Shown here: one piece after another, positions 63,101 to 64,000 of the stretch
Position numbering within the stretch: the first letter of the stretch is position 1
How the letters are laid out: each line of letters begins with the position of its first letter
NCBI GenBank assembly: GCA_010015585.1
Contig: ML975189.1
From: Eremomyces bilateralis CBS 781.70
Taxonomy: Eukaryota
DNA: 64,000 nucleotides
Reading direction: 5' to 3' (one strand)
The notes under the pieces: model-generated
Told to the model about the DNA's origin: nothing
Databases searched by the model: none
The model's input: only the letters and a program-made list of their open reading frames with translations
Position numbers and translations under genes: made by a program

Positions 63101-64000
63101 ACGCTCGATCAACCAGCCTTTGCTGATGGTCCGACGACGGCATCAAATCCTAACGGTTGCGATGCTTGCGCCGGCATTTCCTAGGCAACGCAACCTGCCC
63201 ACTGCCGATCTTGCCTTTTCGATTCCTTTTTGATGACGGACTATGCTGGGGTTTATACACTTCGGGATACAGGCAGCCCAAATCTTCTACGTCCCGAGTC
63301 CGGACGAGGCAGTTAGAGGGGATTGTGCGACTAGCGCAGAGGAGTCTTACCAGGTCTAGATCGCCGATTCGAACCGAAAGCCATCGACATATATCATATG
63401 GGGGCGAATTCTCGGTCGAGGACGGCAGTGGCAGGCCTGGAAGTGCTCCGTGGTAGTTGAGTTTATACGTCTGCTTGATGAAACCGAGGCTAACGAGGGC
63501 AGTTCGCTTTTGAGGACGAATCTGTCTGTGTTGACAGAAACGAGGCGGTTGACCGCGCAGGCCCCGACAGCGACCGTCTGACCGCTTTCCCTCGGTTGTA
63601 GCTCGCGGTTCCCCGCCACGAACTCCATGTTCCTTTGCACACGGATCGTCGCGATAGCATGACCGACTAAGTACGAGATTATGATGTTACGATCGATTGG
63701 GCGGTGTAGATAGGAGATGCTCACTGGCATTGTCTGCGTCACGATACGCTCTGTATACCTCATGAGATCCTTGCTTAGTTGAAACGGACAACCTCCGGTC
63801 CTGGGGAGATGGGCGCCGGAAGGAATCCCGGTTTTCATGCTGAATTTCCCGCTCATTCCTATTCCACGCCGATGCCGTCGTCCAACCGGGATTTGAATTT
63901 CGCCGCGATAAAACATGGTAAACCTCCCGTTTCCCCTCCCGATGGGATCCGTATATTCAGTTCGGACCGTCTCGGTCGACTGTCGGAACGCAGTGGAGGG

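Noticed and set aside
60200..64000. ORF 63356-63916(-) and other short ORFs
   Set aside because: No family motifs or consistent splicing. The frame is open to the window edge, so the 3' end of a gene cannot be fully excluded.

Overview
Eukaryotic DNA from a filamentous ascomycete (Pezizomycotina). Evidence: many short GT-AG introns with CTRAC branch sites, plus fungal gene families. Most entries in the ORF track are exon fragments or antisense shadows, so gene models were rebuilt by hand. Positions 1-14.4 kb look accessory. A Fot1/pogo-like transposase remnant is followed by a seven-gene candidate aromatic/xenobiotic catabolism cluster built from three head-to-head pairs: catalytically degenerate ALDH-like / LigB-type ring-cleaving dioxygenase; C2H2+Zn2Cys6 regulator / FAD monooxygenase; cytochrome P450 / frameshifted metallo-beta-lactamase-fold hydrolase. 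A small unknown gene sits inside the cluster and a stop-riddled pseudogene follows it. Positions 15-57 kb are mostly housekeeping: VPS52, eIF5A, Rrn7-like, POT1, BMS1, Whi5/Nrm1-like, a PDK/BCKDK kinase, ADE16/17, RTA1-like, OLE1, Fta1/CENP-L and a secreted amidase. Interspersed are a degenerate JmjC-like/zinc-finger gene, a small secreted Cys-rich protein, and two ~70-aa genes missed by the ORF track. A 982-bp internally deleted hAT transposon (TIRs and 8-bp TSD) lies between the amidase and a subtilisin gene. No gene could be supported in 60.2-64 kb. All family assignments come from motif recognition by eye; no database search was run.
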